Positions 1-33,785 of a stretch of DNA of 64,000 nucleotides are shown here, piece after piece. Made by a program: the position numbers and the translations under genes. The notes beneath the pieces were generated by a model. The model was not told the DNA's origin and made no database searches. It was given only the letters and a program-made list of their open reading frames with translations. The DNA comes from Tubiluchus corallicola (taxonomy: Eukaryota > Animalia > Priapulida): assembly GCA_030141605.1 (NCBI GenBank), contig JAQGDQ010000234.1:62001-126000 (forward strand), written 5' to 3'. Numbering within the stretch: position 1 is the first letter of the stretch; the number at the start of each line of letters is the position of its first letter.

Positions 1-1026
1 AAAATTGCATTACGTCATGTAATTGTGATATTTTTATTGAAATGGATAAAAATCTCGAGATGACTAAACTGCATCGATAAACTATGCATTTGGGCTTAAA
101 ATGAAACAAATTAAAATAGATACTACAAAAAAACTGCATCTGATTAAATTTGTCTGAAGTGTAAGCACCATATTTTTAACACTAGAGTTCATCATGTTCT
201 AAACTCACATTTCAAAGCAAACAGCCGAGAAATTATCACACAGTTTGTAGAAGCGAACCCAGCTTTTTTAGATTGCGCTTTCATTGCTTCAATAATTTTT
301 TATTGCTCATGGGAAACTAAAAGTTTTTATATTTTGGCTTTGTATTCCTTCTGACTGCTGCATCCCATCTAATTGCCGAATCCCACATTCCACGACTGTT
401 TTTCAGTAAGAACAATCACGATGACCGAAACCAAGCAAATCACGCATTCAATCCACAATAAGCCAATATTTACCGTGATACTGTCACTATGTATAAACTG
501 CGTAAAAGTACTTTATGCTGATGCTGCTTGTCGATGTAAACAATTCGTTTTCCTTTTGGGCATTTTGCCATGTTTCATCTGTAATACGGCAATTTTCGCC
601 ACCACAGGCACAGACGCAGATCCATGTTCAATGGCGGCCTAGTCAAATGTTCATTTTGTGTACAATTTGATCCAAACTTTTGCCAAGGATTCTTAAACAT
701 GAAATTTTCGTGAAGAATGAGGTACATATTTGTATTTGCAATATAATCGCGAGTTATTCAAGCTCAACTTTTGCTGATATTCCCCCTCTAACAAGCAGAA
801 GATAATTTTGGGACAGTTATTGTTTATAATAGTATCCTTATCCATTATTAGTTATCAGTTATATAATGTAATGATATGATTTGAAGAATGTTGGTACTTT
901 TGGTTTTTGTAACCAACACTACATGTTACACTTATTAGATACTCAGCTTACACTTACTAGTTAATTTAATGATTTAGAGTATCTTAGGCAGTTTAGAATG
1001 TCTTTTTAATATAGGTGTAAGATAGT

Positions 1027-3337
1027 ATGAGCAGCCAAGACTTAGTACAAAAGCTGAAAAAGTTGGGTTGTGAGGATGCAAAACATTTGCATCTCGACTC
1101 ACTTGACTGGATGTTTGAAGATAATGAAGTTGTAGCATTTCTTACCTGGTTCTGCAATAATGTGGATGAGAACAACATACTGACACCAGAAGAAGTTCAG
1201 CAATTTGAACAGTTACAGGTAGAAGGCACAGTATTAAACAACTTGCAGTTGGAGTCTCTTGACATTGTTAAATCTTCTGATGGTGAGTTTTTGAGAAACA
1301 TTTTGCTTAATAAAATAATGTTTTATGAAAGTTAAAATGTGAACTTGATGTTAGAACTATAATTTTTAAAACTGTAACTTCTTTTCCCTACTTTTCTCTC
1401 CTAGGTCAGTGATCTACAAGATTAGTAAAGTGCTTGTCAGTTAAATTCTTAATTGGTCACTTTTTACTTGCTATTCACTACTTTTTTGTAGCTTGCTGTT
1501 TCAAGACAATCATAATGGTTTTGTTTCATGTTTTGTTTTTAGACTACACTTGCTTGCAGTGATGTGGAACTAGTGCACTGCACACACTTGTACAAAAACA
1601 CCATAACAGACGTCTCTAGTGCAATCTTTGCACATACTTGTACAAAAACACCATTAACATTACTCTATCATAAATTGTAAAGTACACATGTAAAGATTCC
1701 AACATGATGTCACTAGTTACACCATGCTTTAGCCTCAGTTTTTGTTTTTTGCACATTGTAAGCAAAGTGATGTTACCATTTTTAAGTTACCAAGTTGATA
1801 TTTTATGTGTGTTTTTTTATTTTTTGCAGAATATCCATATACTTACACTGATCCAACATCAATGAAGCATGCAGTAGATAGTATGAAACAAGAAATAAGC
1901 AGACTGCAGAAAGAACGAAATGATATAGCAACTATGGAAACTGCCTTGAGTCTCCATGAGACAGCACTAAATGAGAGGTTATTTGATTTAGAAAAACTTC
2001 AAAAAGATGCTAAAACACAGCAGCAGCAGACACTTGAGGAATCGTCAAATGTTAGTGATGAATTAGACACTTCGTTAAGCCAAGTAAAGATGTGCGTTGA
2101 TAGTGTGATAACATATGCAAATTCTGTTCTGTCACAAAAGGCAACAAATAATGGAATAGCTGCCATAGATCTTTGTGATTACTTCAAAGAGGAGGAGGTG
2201 TATATGACAAAGGTAAAAGAATGCATCGAGAAACAATTTTCTAACAAGTTGCAGGAATCTAATCTTGCCGAGGACAGCGAATTGTCATACAAAGGGCGTA
2301 GCAAAGCTGAATATGACAGCCTTTGCAGAGAAATAAAACGTATAGAGTATGCTGTTGAAAAGAGTTATAGTGAATATTACGAAGCCCTAATAACAGCTGC
2401 TTCAAATAAGGCCGCTCTTAAAACAGCAAACGAAGTCTTGACCGATATTCAGTTGAATCAGTTTCCAGACTCATTGCATGGACTGAAAAGCAACCTCCAA
2501 GATGCTCAATTACAGCAAGTAAAATTGAAAACTGATGTGAATCATGCTACTAAAGAACTGTCAACGCTAATACAAAAAGTCGCTCATGCCACCCCATTCC
2601 TTGCTGTCCACAGCGATCATGAACACAAATTGTTGCGACAAGAGTACTACCTTCGGTGTCAACAAAAAGTCATAAATGTACTGCTACAGCAAACTTCTAG
2701 GTTAGGCATTATTTCCAGCTTAATGCAAGTAGATCAAAAGCAAATGCATGACTTTCAGGTATTGCTTACTGCCTTTAAATCTTTATTGTGCCGCCATAAT
2801 GATAACTTTGCCAAAAGAGGCTCCATGATGTGTGATGTAATGAAAAGATATGAGAATTCTTTAACTCAAACTGCATTTGATACAGAAGGCAAATTTATTC
2901 CCAGGTTTTATCGTGAACTTGGAGGAAAGATGGATGACACTCAGTTCATCGTAACTTGTGACTTACTAACAGAAGCAATGAAGGAGTTTAAAAATCATTA
3001 TTCAACAGAAAGACAAGTATTAGATGATGCTAAAGTTGCTGTTACAAACAAGTTGCAAGAAATGCAACTTGGTGTAACAGAGTGGGAAAATACTGTTTGT
3101 CAAGGAGCACAGCTTATACTTACCCCATTGCAACTATCTAATTCTATTGCTCAGTTATCATCATTAGTGGATAACCTTCAAGAAAGCATACTCGATACAT
3201 CAAACTACATTGATAAATGTAACAAAGCTTTGAGAGTTGATGAAATGCTCCACAAGGAACACAACCTGTTCTTAAAGTTTTTTAACAATCCATATATCGT
3301 GAAAGAAGTGTGTCCAACTACCTCTGCCAGTTCTTAA
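1027..3337 (+). CDS. HAUS3: HAUS augmin-like complex subunit 3; exons 1027-1282 and 1830-3337 (~587 aa)
   Basis: N-terminus MSSQDLVQKLKKLG...LDSLDWMFE...FLTWFCNNVDENNIL matches the HAUS3 N-terminal motif (human FVETLKKIGY...DFDWLFE...FLKWFCGNVNEQNVL). The phase-1 intron G|GTGAGT...TTTTGCAG joins the two track ORFs in frame. Coiled-coil body. Confidence 0.88.
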
Positions 3338-4229
3338 GCATCAATAAGTCTTACATACTTATGTTTTCAGTCTAATACTCTCTATTAATGGTTCTCGGCC
3401 TTGTTTGGGGATTCTTTTATGCTTGATATTTATGTAGAATTAACTGTATTACTTACATTGTTACTTTCAGACTTCAGATGGATTATTTTAAACAGGCAAA
3501 TTTTCGTAACATACCTAACGTACAGTTTGTACAAGCAGTTATAACATTGTCACTCCTTCTTTGATCATTTTTGTAACAATATGTGACTACAGCTTAATAA
3601 AGCCACGGATAATAAAACCAGCCGCATTTTAGAACTATTTAGGCATGGTATCGAATTACTGCCATATAACCTATTCTCAAACCGCCTTTTAACAAGCCCA
3701 CATATTTTTCTGTAGCAGGCAACGAAAGCAATAGCAAAATGAAAAAGGAAAGTGCATTTTTGGTAGTTGAAATTTAAGTCCCGTTGTCAAAGTCACACTG
3801 AAACTGAAAGTTAAAATCTGTCGTTTCATTATAACCACTCTGTGTGTACAGCTGCTAGACTTAAATGTATGTTCACTTGCTAACGTTACACAAAACAAAT
3901 GCTAAATTACATTAGTAATCTCCAAAAAAGGCTTCATTAGATTACAAGCTGACCAGATGTATTTAAAAGTAGATGCTACTCAATGTACTAGTCTAGGACT
4001 TAATTACTAGTATATAAATACAGTTAAAATTTGGCAACGACGTCTAGAAAGCGTGTACTGATGGCCATCTGCAATCACGAGTTTCTTGAACCTTTAAATC
4101 ATTGTTAATTTAGCAATAATCGAGAGATGCACATTTACAATAATTTGGTTGACCATTGACCACGTTATGTGTCTATAAGTTAAAACAACAATATTTAATA
4201 TAGTCTAATGTACTAATCAACAACATTTT

Positions 4230-4523
4230 CTAAGTAGGTTTTGCCGACAACAACTCTATTTTCTCCATTACTTGTCCACTGTTCAATCCAGATAATGTTA
4301 TGCTGCTTTCCCTACCAAAACTGTAGCGAGCATACAGCTTAGGTTCAACACCCTGACACTCCCTGATGAGGAAAGGAAATTTGGGATTGTTCAGCTTAAG
4401 TGTAGTATAGTACTTTTCCACAAATTCTCGTGTACCTTGACTTGATGGGCTTTTTTGGCAGAGATGAACACGAAACTCTTTGATGTGACTTCCAAACCTT
4501 AGAGCTTTAGTAGAAGATGCCAT
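4230..4523 (-). CDS. NDUFA2: NADH dehydrogenase (ubiquinone) 1 alpha subcomplex subunit 2 (B8), single coding exon, 97 aa
   Basis: KEFRVHLCQKSPSSQGTREFVEKYYTTLKLNNPKFPFLIRECQGVEPKLYARYSFGRE is the NDUFA2 signature. A splice acceptor (TTGTTTCTAG) ~18 nt before the ATG implies a 5' UTR intron. Confidence 0.96.
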   Translation of the reverse strand: MASSTKALRFGSHIKEFRVHLCQKSPSSQGTREFVEKYYTTLKLNNPKFPFLIRECQGVEPKLYARYSFGRESSITLSGLNSGQVMEKIELLSAKPT

Positions 4524-5035
4524 ATTTGCAGTCTTTTTAAACTAGAAACAAAGAAACAAATGCAGTTAAAATGACTCACTGATATCATAATGAGATATTG
4601 TGCATGCCAAAAAGAGGTTGCTCCTGTGTAAAATCAAAGGAAAGGCCTGTCATTGAACAACATTCATTGTATTTAAATACACACTTAGAAATGCTGCAAT
4701 TACCATACAATACATGCACATAAAATGCCTTGCTTAAAAATGCAAGTCAACTCATCACCCTCAACATTGAATGTGTCTTGTATAACGTTATAACGATGCA
4801 AGTGTGTTAGGCTGATATGTGTAGTATAATTTATTAATTAAGTGTAACTACAACTTGTGTTGACTGAATTTGAAATTGAACTCATGACACCACTGTATGC
4901 TCTGGGTCTTCAGAAGAAAGCAAAATTTCTGCAATTTTTCCTACACTGCTAGATTTAATTTTTTTTCTAGTTACTATATGATTTATGCAAACACAATTCT
5001 AAATCACTTGTACAATACTCTTGCACTAATAGCCC

Positions 5036-5140
5036 AATTCTTCTTTTCTCGTGTTGTGGGCCCTTGGAATTCACTTAATTGTGAAACTGTTGACGCATCC
5101 AATCTGCCTCAATTTTACAAGTTGTTGAGGAGAGACCGTC
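5036..5140 (+). mobile_element. CR1-clade LINE ORF2 C-terminal fragment
   Basis: Translates FFSRVVGPWNSLNCETVDASNLPQFYKLL, matching the CR1 ORF2 tail motif FF..RVV..WNSL...V.A..L..FK..L. Confidence 0.6.
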
Positions 5141-5159
5141 AAAAACCATGTTATAGTTA

Positions 5160-5620
5160 GGTTTTAAGATTTTGCAAACAAGTTTTTTGACAATGCGGCA
5201 GCTGGTCAGCTGAAAAAATGGAAAAAAGCACCTGATCAGGTACTGCCAGGTGCGCCCGTATTAGGTTATTGACGTTTCCCGATTTGTGTATTAGTAATGC
5301 TAACATTGACCCTAGGCTTAGAACAAACTCGCCACTATAAAAAATGAAAAGTTTTTTCCACTATTTGTTACCACGCAGGTGTAGAAATAATGTATTTATC
5401 GATTTTCCACGGATATTAAAGGTGACTTTATAAAGGAGGCTGCTGGTACTTCGCCACAGTTTTTAACAAGTTAATGATTTAGTAATAATAATCACCGAGT
5501 AACTTTCGTTGCGGAAAAGGAGTCGACATTGGAGGAAATCTTAGTAATCTTGGCTTCTGTTTAACCGGTCTTTAAAATGATCTCCCAGCTTTCCTTACGC
5601 CAGTGCTTATTGCTTAAATC
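5160..5620. promoter_or_regulatory. Putative bidirectional promoter between NDUFA2 (-) and BRF1 (+)
   Basis: Locally richer in CpG/GC than the flanks. Lies between two divergent genes that both have 5' UTR acceptors. Boundaries inferred only. Confidence 0.35.
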
Positions 5621-6138
5621 TGATATAATGAAACGAAGTCTTTTGAGAGAAATTTTAAATTATTAAACTAGTCGGGAAAAATAAATATTTTGAAAGTTGT
5701 AGTTTAACGTTGTCATCCTCAGTTATTATTTAAAAAAGTTTTTACATCACTACAGTTTTTTTGCTATTTGAAATTTTTTGTGCAGATCTAGGCATATTGC
5801 AGTACGCTGACGAGAACGTTGTTTTTATATACGTTTTTATTGTGTCTTTGCTGGTGCACTATTATACATTAAACTATCAATGAATTTTGGATGATCACCA
5901 TTCCATCGAAGTTTTTAATAGAAAAGATATTCCGGATGAGTAGGATAGTCATAAGGTATGAAAAAACTTGAAGTTTAGGTTGTAGGTATAATTTAAAATT
6001 ATGTGACAGGAATTCACTAAAATGACATTTTACCAGAGGAATATTTATAAAGAGAAACTCAAATAAATTTGAAAATACATTAGCTAGCAATATAAAATGA
6101 CACTTATTATTATAATGATTATATGATTATAATAATTA

Positions 6139-6593
6139 CCGTATTTTCCCGTGTATAAGAGACCCTTGTGTATAAGAGACCCCTTCAATTTTTAGGCAAA
6201 AATTCTGGAAAAAAGTTTTTTCAGACGGACATTTTTAGAGGGTAGAGTACAACTTTTTTCAACTCAGTGCGGTACTGAAAACAAAATAAAACCAGTTAAT
6301 GTGTTGTAGAAAAAGAGTACTGGTATATATTAAAGTGCGTACCTGCAAACCTGTAACAGGAAAAGAGAAAACGAGGAGATAATGCCTGTGTCACGATGCT
6401 TGTATTGCTTACAACCGCTTCATAGTCGAACGCGACATGCAAAACAGTTGTAGAGCATTTATTTCTTTAAAATCATTAGTGTCACAATTTATGCATCTTA
6501 TTGAAAAGACTTACTCCCATGTATAAGAGACCCCCTATTTTTAAAGTGAAAATTCTGAGCAAAAAAGGGTCTCTTATACACGGGAAAATACGG
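6139..6593. mobile_element. MITE, Tc1/mariner-pogo (Tc2-like CCGTA termini), TA target-site duplication
   Basis: Perfect TIR CCGTATTTTCCCGTGTATAAGAGACCC ... GGGTCTCTTATACACGGGAAAATACGG with TA on both sides. Extra internal copies of GTATAAGAGACCC. No ORF. Confidence 0.9.
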
Positions 6594-6740
6594 TAATTAA
6601 TTACCCATGAAAATTTCAGGCTCAAAATTAATTTAATTTAATTAGACAGAAGCGCTCTAGTGTGTCTAACATTGGAAGTGCTGAATTTAATTTGCCAGCT
6701 ATAATCAACAAAGTTTGAACTGCCTTGAGTGCTGAGGAAT

Positions 6741-6800
6741 GCAGTAGGCTAGTGGTCTAAGGCATCTGCTGTGCGAGCAAAAGTTGCCAGGTTCAAAATC
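6741..6800 (+). mobile_element. Degenerate tRNA-derived (SINE head-like) relic with A- and B-box
   Basis: TAGGCTAGTGGTCTAAGG (A-box/D-arm-like) and GGTTCAAAATC (B-box-like) at tRNA spacing; no full cloverleaf. Confidence 0.45.
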
Positions 6801-6874
6801 AAACATTCTTGTTTTTCTTGTACAGTTAACAATGATTTTACATTTCAGAAAGCAGCTCAACAGTATTTTGTAAA

Positions 6875-28876
<22,002 letters not shown>

Positions 28877-31800
28877 GGTTCGTATGATGCAAGGAAATTC
28901 ATTGTAAAATCAAATCGTGTGACCCATCTGGACAGTAGCAATGAAGATCACCAAATATCTGTTTGTAGTCTTCTTTTGGTTTACTAGTCATTATTTCACT
29001 GCTTCATGAACAGCTTACCTACATCCCAATGACATTTCATTGTATTGTATATCAATACTGATGTTATTTTCAATCCATGGCTTAGGTTGTGCATCTTGTT
29101 TGAATGTAAGCTGAAATATCTCATTCTGTTCTTGAAAGGATTGTATTATTTGTCTTGCATGATCACTTCTGACCTATGCATGGATAAAAGACATGAGTAA
29201 GGAAGATAAGTTTGTCAAACCGGTTTCAACTGAGTGTGCTCAGTTAATTGTTTTATTAAGAGAATTTGGACCCTGTTTTCCTGGAATTAAGGAATAATGA
29301 CCTTATTAGGGGTTAATAAGGTCCAGCTGAGCGTTCATCCAAATGTTACATGTCTTTTTCGATCCTGGTTGTCTTTACCAGATGAATGATGCCATCATAA
29401 ATTTTGACCCTGCAAAAACAAAATTGCAAAACACTACAAGAAGTTTTAGAATTTCTTGCCAATGTACTTTAAACATACCTTACTTGGCAATATTTTGACT
29501 GTAATATTTACGTTCAGACAGAGTTTCCTGAATGTAGGTGCCTTCAACAGCTATAGACAAATGAAAATGATTCAGTATATCAAGCTGAATTGGGTACCAA
29601 TAAGTAGATCTTGCATGCAGAACATACATCTCAAACACATGCACCTTTAATATCTTTCAAAGACCTTTGGAAACTGTAGCTAAGAATTTTGCACTGAACA
29701 GGTTTCTGTACTCTTAGCTAAAATTTGGGATGGGCTGCAACCCACTAGTCTTTTCCTCTTGGCATATTTTGTGTTTATTTTAATCTGGGTAAGTCTAAGA
29801 AGTAATCAATGAAAGTTAATTTTAGGTGGCTATTATAAAATTATGGGGAATAGACTGTGATTAGACTTCCATATTTTCATCAAGTCTGTAGCATTGCTGT
29901 GTAGTAGATATTATTTACTTGTTAGCATCATTACAGTTACCATTTGTCCATCAAGATGAAACTCTTCTGTTACATTCACTATTTATATAGCTGTTAAGAA
30001 AGTAATTCTCTAAATCATTTCAGCAGTTGACAGACCATCAGTTTTATTTGTATCAAAGCTACTCGTAGTCTATATCTGCAACCATTGTGTAACTAAATAA
30101 TAGTTATTTTCGTGATTGCGATTTATTCATTTCATTTTGTAGCCAGCCCTTTGATAAGATTCGGTAAATTTTCATGTTTTAATTATGTTCCAATAAGCTG
30201 ATTTCAACTTTCAAGCTAAGGTTTGTTAATTTTTTTACACTAAGTGACTTCTCTATTTCCAAAATCTTGTTAAGGCCAAGAACTCCAGTGTTGTCTTGTA
30301 TATATCATGTAAAATACTGTCACAATAACGTGTCTTTATCTCAGTTCTTTTCTTTGCACAAGTTTGCTAATGTTAATCTTGTTGTTATAATGCATCATGC
30401 ATGATTAGATGTTAACATGTTGTCAGAGATGTGAGTAGTTTAGTATAAGCTATGTTGATAATACATAGTGGATATGTTGACTAAAATGATTGTTTATACT
30501 TATGAAAGTTACGTGAATTATTTATACATGAAATCATTATGTGTGAAATTTGTACATACATTTGATGTTATTATAAATAAAATAGATCTTGTTCTGCATA
30601 AAAAGTAATCATTTGTTAGGATTTAATTTTGAAGTTTGGTACAAATAATTTTGTAACATCGAAATGAAATCCAGGATTCAGAGCAAAGCAGAATTAGAGT
30701 AATTTTGTTTTTGTATCAGTTGACAATTAAATTGATTTTACATAATGCTCGGTTATTAATAACAATTCTATGATCCAAACTAATTATCCAAGCTTTTCAG
30801 TCTTTATTGTTAACAGCAAAACAAATATCCTAACAATAAAAACGTCAGTTGATGGTGTTATCAATGGGAACAATTTGAAAATCTGGTTTTAATGGTTAAA
30901 ATTCGCATATCACGTCAATAATTACTAACCTATATATAACAGTAACATTGGTGAACTGTATCTAATGTTAACCTTTTTCTGAATACAAAAATCTGATGTA
31001 ATTACTTGCAATGTAAAAGACCTGATTTAAATGATGTCAGAACAAAGCAAAGATGTGAAAGATACCTGAGAAAAACATTGGTTGATTAAGCTAAAAACTA
31101 AATTGTGATGGAGACCAAGGATTAGTAAAGGCGTCTGCTAGTCTACAGTCTACATCTGACGAGTCGCTACAGGATGGGCTCATGGGTTCAATACTGAAAT
31201 TGAAACTAAGAAGGAGTCAATAAGGCATGATGCATTGGTGATTTCTGTTTGCTTACAAAACAATGTCATCTATGCAGTACACAAACGGGTTTACTTAAGG
31301 GCAAAATTGCTGTAAAAGTAAAGTTTGAAGTAGCCTGAGGTTTCGTAGAAGCTGTGCCTAATCGCCAAATCTGCATACAATATCAGAATGAAACTGTAAA
31401 TTTTTTTCAACTAGTAATGCAGCTAGAAAGAAACGAAGTCAGGTTACATTGCATCAGAACAGAGCAGTCTGAGCAGAACCATGCATGCACAGCTGAACCA
31501 GTATAACCAGAGAAGCCAAAAAACATAATAATTATTGGTTCTGTAAACCTGCTCTCCTTGACACATTAAAATCAAAAGAATACAACTTCCTGTTATAATT
31601 GATTAAGAACATAGTTGCTTTGCACACACACGTTCTGTAATTAAAAATTATCTCACCATAAAGCAACAAAATCATTGACAGCTACCTTTTCTCTGGTATT
31701 ATGTTCCTCTTGATAAAAAAAGCTATCTCTTCCTCACGAATGAAAGACACCTGGCTACATATCCTTGAGTGAGAAGTGACTGTCACCAGTAATAGTTTAT

Positions 31801-32471
31801 AATATCATGCATTGATGGTAATCAGATGATAATTGTCACAGCACTGGCTCAGCAATTTCCATCTGCTTCTATTAGTACATAAGGTACTTCTCCCAATAGA
31901 TAATTAATTGGATACATAATCACTGCAGGTGCAAGGCACAAGAAAACAATTTAAAACATAATTACTAATAAACTATACTAACTGTCACTGTCAGGTTATT
32001 TATGCCTCTACAGTTAATTTAAGAAATGTAGCTCTATAATTAGATAGCAGAAAGTTCATTAAATAAACGCTTTCTTATCCAAAAATGGTTCAACATTCAA
32101 TTAAAGCACAAAAAGTGTACAGTGTATAAATTTAACACCAACAGCAAAAGGCTTCAAAGTTGTACAATGTTATGGTAAATATAACAGCTTGTATTTCAAC
32201 TGCATGTCAATCACCATAACAGCTTGCACATTTACCAGCAAGATTATTTGGTTCAATTTTGTTAATGATCTCACCACAAAGATATAGCTGACATGCTAAT
32301 TATTGAATGTTTGAGTATTACAAACTTACAACTCTTATATGATAAAGTCATTAGTAAAAAAGGACATTTTTTTATTTAGCAACCAACTAAAACAGATAGC
32401 TACCAAGGACTAAGCTACTACATTGTATTTACAATAAAAGTGCCTAGGTAGCATGCATTTATAATCCTGTA

Positions 32472-33744
32472 TCACATAAATGACTGGGAAATGACTTCTT
32501 CAGCTTCTCTTGCATGGACCTTTCCAATTCCTGTAGCTGGACAGGGCATTGTTGTTCGTCCAAAATATGAAAGCTAGGCAATTAAAGAAAACTTCAATGT
32601 TAAAAGTACAGCCCTAATTCACACTTAAATGCAAAGCATGACAAATATGACAATGACTAAATAAAATCATGTAAAATGGCAAAAACTAATAAACATTCAT
32701 TTTTAAATGAACAAATCAGTATATTTGTTAATGATTTCTTATGAAAGGTATACATTGCATTAAAGCAATAGAAGCAATTTCAGATAATCGAGTTTCGTAC
32801 GACTGTAGCTTAACATAGAATGTAAGATTTTTATAGTGAATACTTTTCTAGTACCTTTATTCCTACTAGGTTTTCAAATCTAGGTGCCGCATATGGCCAA
32901 ACTCCCATATTCCTTGGTTCCTCTTGACTCCAGATGAAGGCTGTCAAGAAAAATCTAGTTGTTTAAGCAGCACAATAAAGAATTTATTTTTCATTATTCA
33001 AAAATCTGCTCTTATCATTATAACTGGCATGATTTGCAAATGGTGTATAAAACTGACATAAAATACTGAAATAATGGCTATCAATAACAAATGTCAAGTT
33101 TGAAGTAGGTGCCACTTAATAGACTCACTTTGGGATGGAAGTATTTTGACCCAATTAGCTGACGGGTGTAGTATTACTGGTATAGAGTATAAAATCATCA
33201 CTCTACAGCTTAATATGAACTGCAAAGGTAACGAGAGCTATTTAATGCAAACAGTTGTGCTTACACTTTACTATTCAAAATTAACTCTGTGCTCTTAGTT
33301 GCTTTACGACGTTTATGCTTATAAGCTGACACAGAGTACTGGCAGGTTACTGTTGATGAATCAGTGGCATAACAGCAACAGTTAACCAATTAAACATTTT
33401 GTGAAAAGCACTAAGCACTTCAAAAGGAAACCATTAGGCATGTAATTAAGAGTTTAGCTTGTATAAATTATTGGGCAACGAGGTTAATTACAGCAGACAA
33501 ACAGGTAACAGATTCAAAGCAGAAATGCTGCGTTGGCATACTAGCGCGTGATAAACAAACCTGCTTACAAATACCGTACATCGCATGATTGCACGTGACT
33601 TCTACCTATGTTATACTGTCAAAAGTGAAATAAAGAGGACATAAAAGTATCAAAAGCTCTCTGATCATGCACGAATGCCTTATTTTAAGTGCGCGAGGTA
33701 AAAATATTGAATCAAGTATGTGGAGTTATTTGAGCCAATTACCA

Positions 33745-33785
<41 letters not shown>

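Noticed and set aside
373-642. 89-aa + strand ORF and minus-strand frames in the GC-richer region upstream of HAUS3
   Set aside because: Non-ATG start and no recognisable protein; more likely promoter/5' UTR sequence (YY1-like ATGGCGGC at 631). A divergent gene could not be supported.
6741-6800. Functional tRNA gene (also 40287-40360 and 60655-60715)
   Set aside because: No complete acceptor and T stems; consistent with SINE heads.
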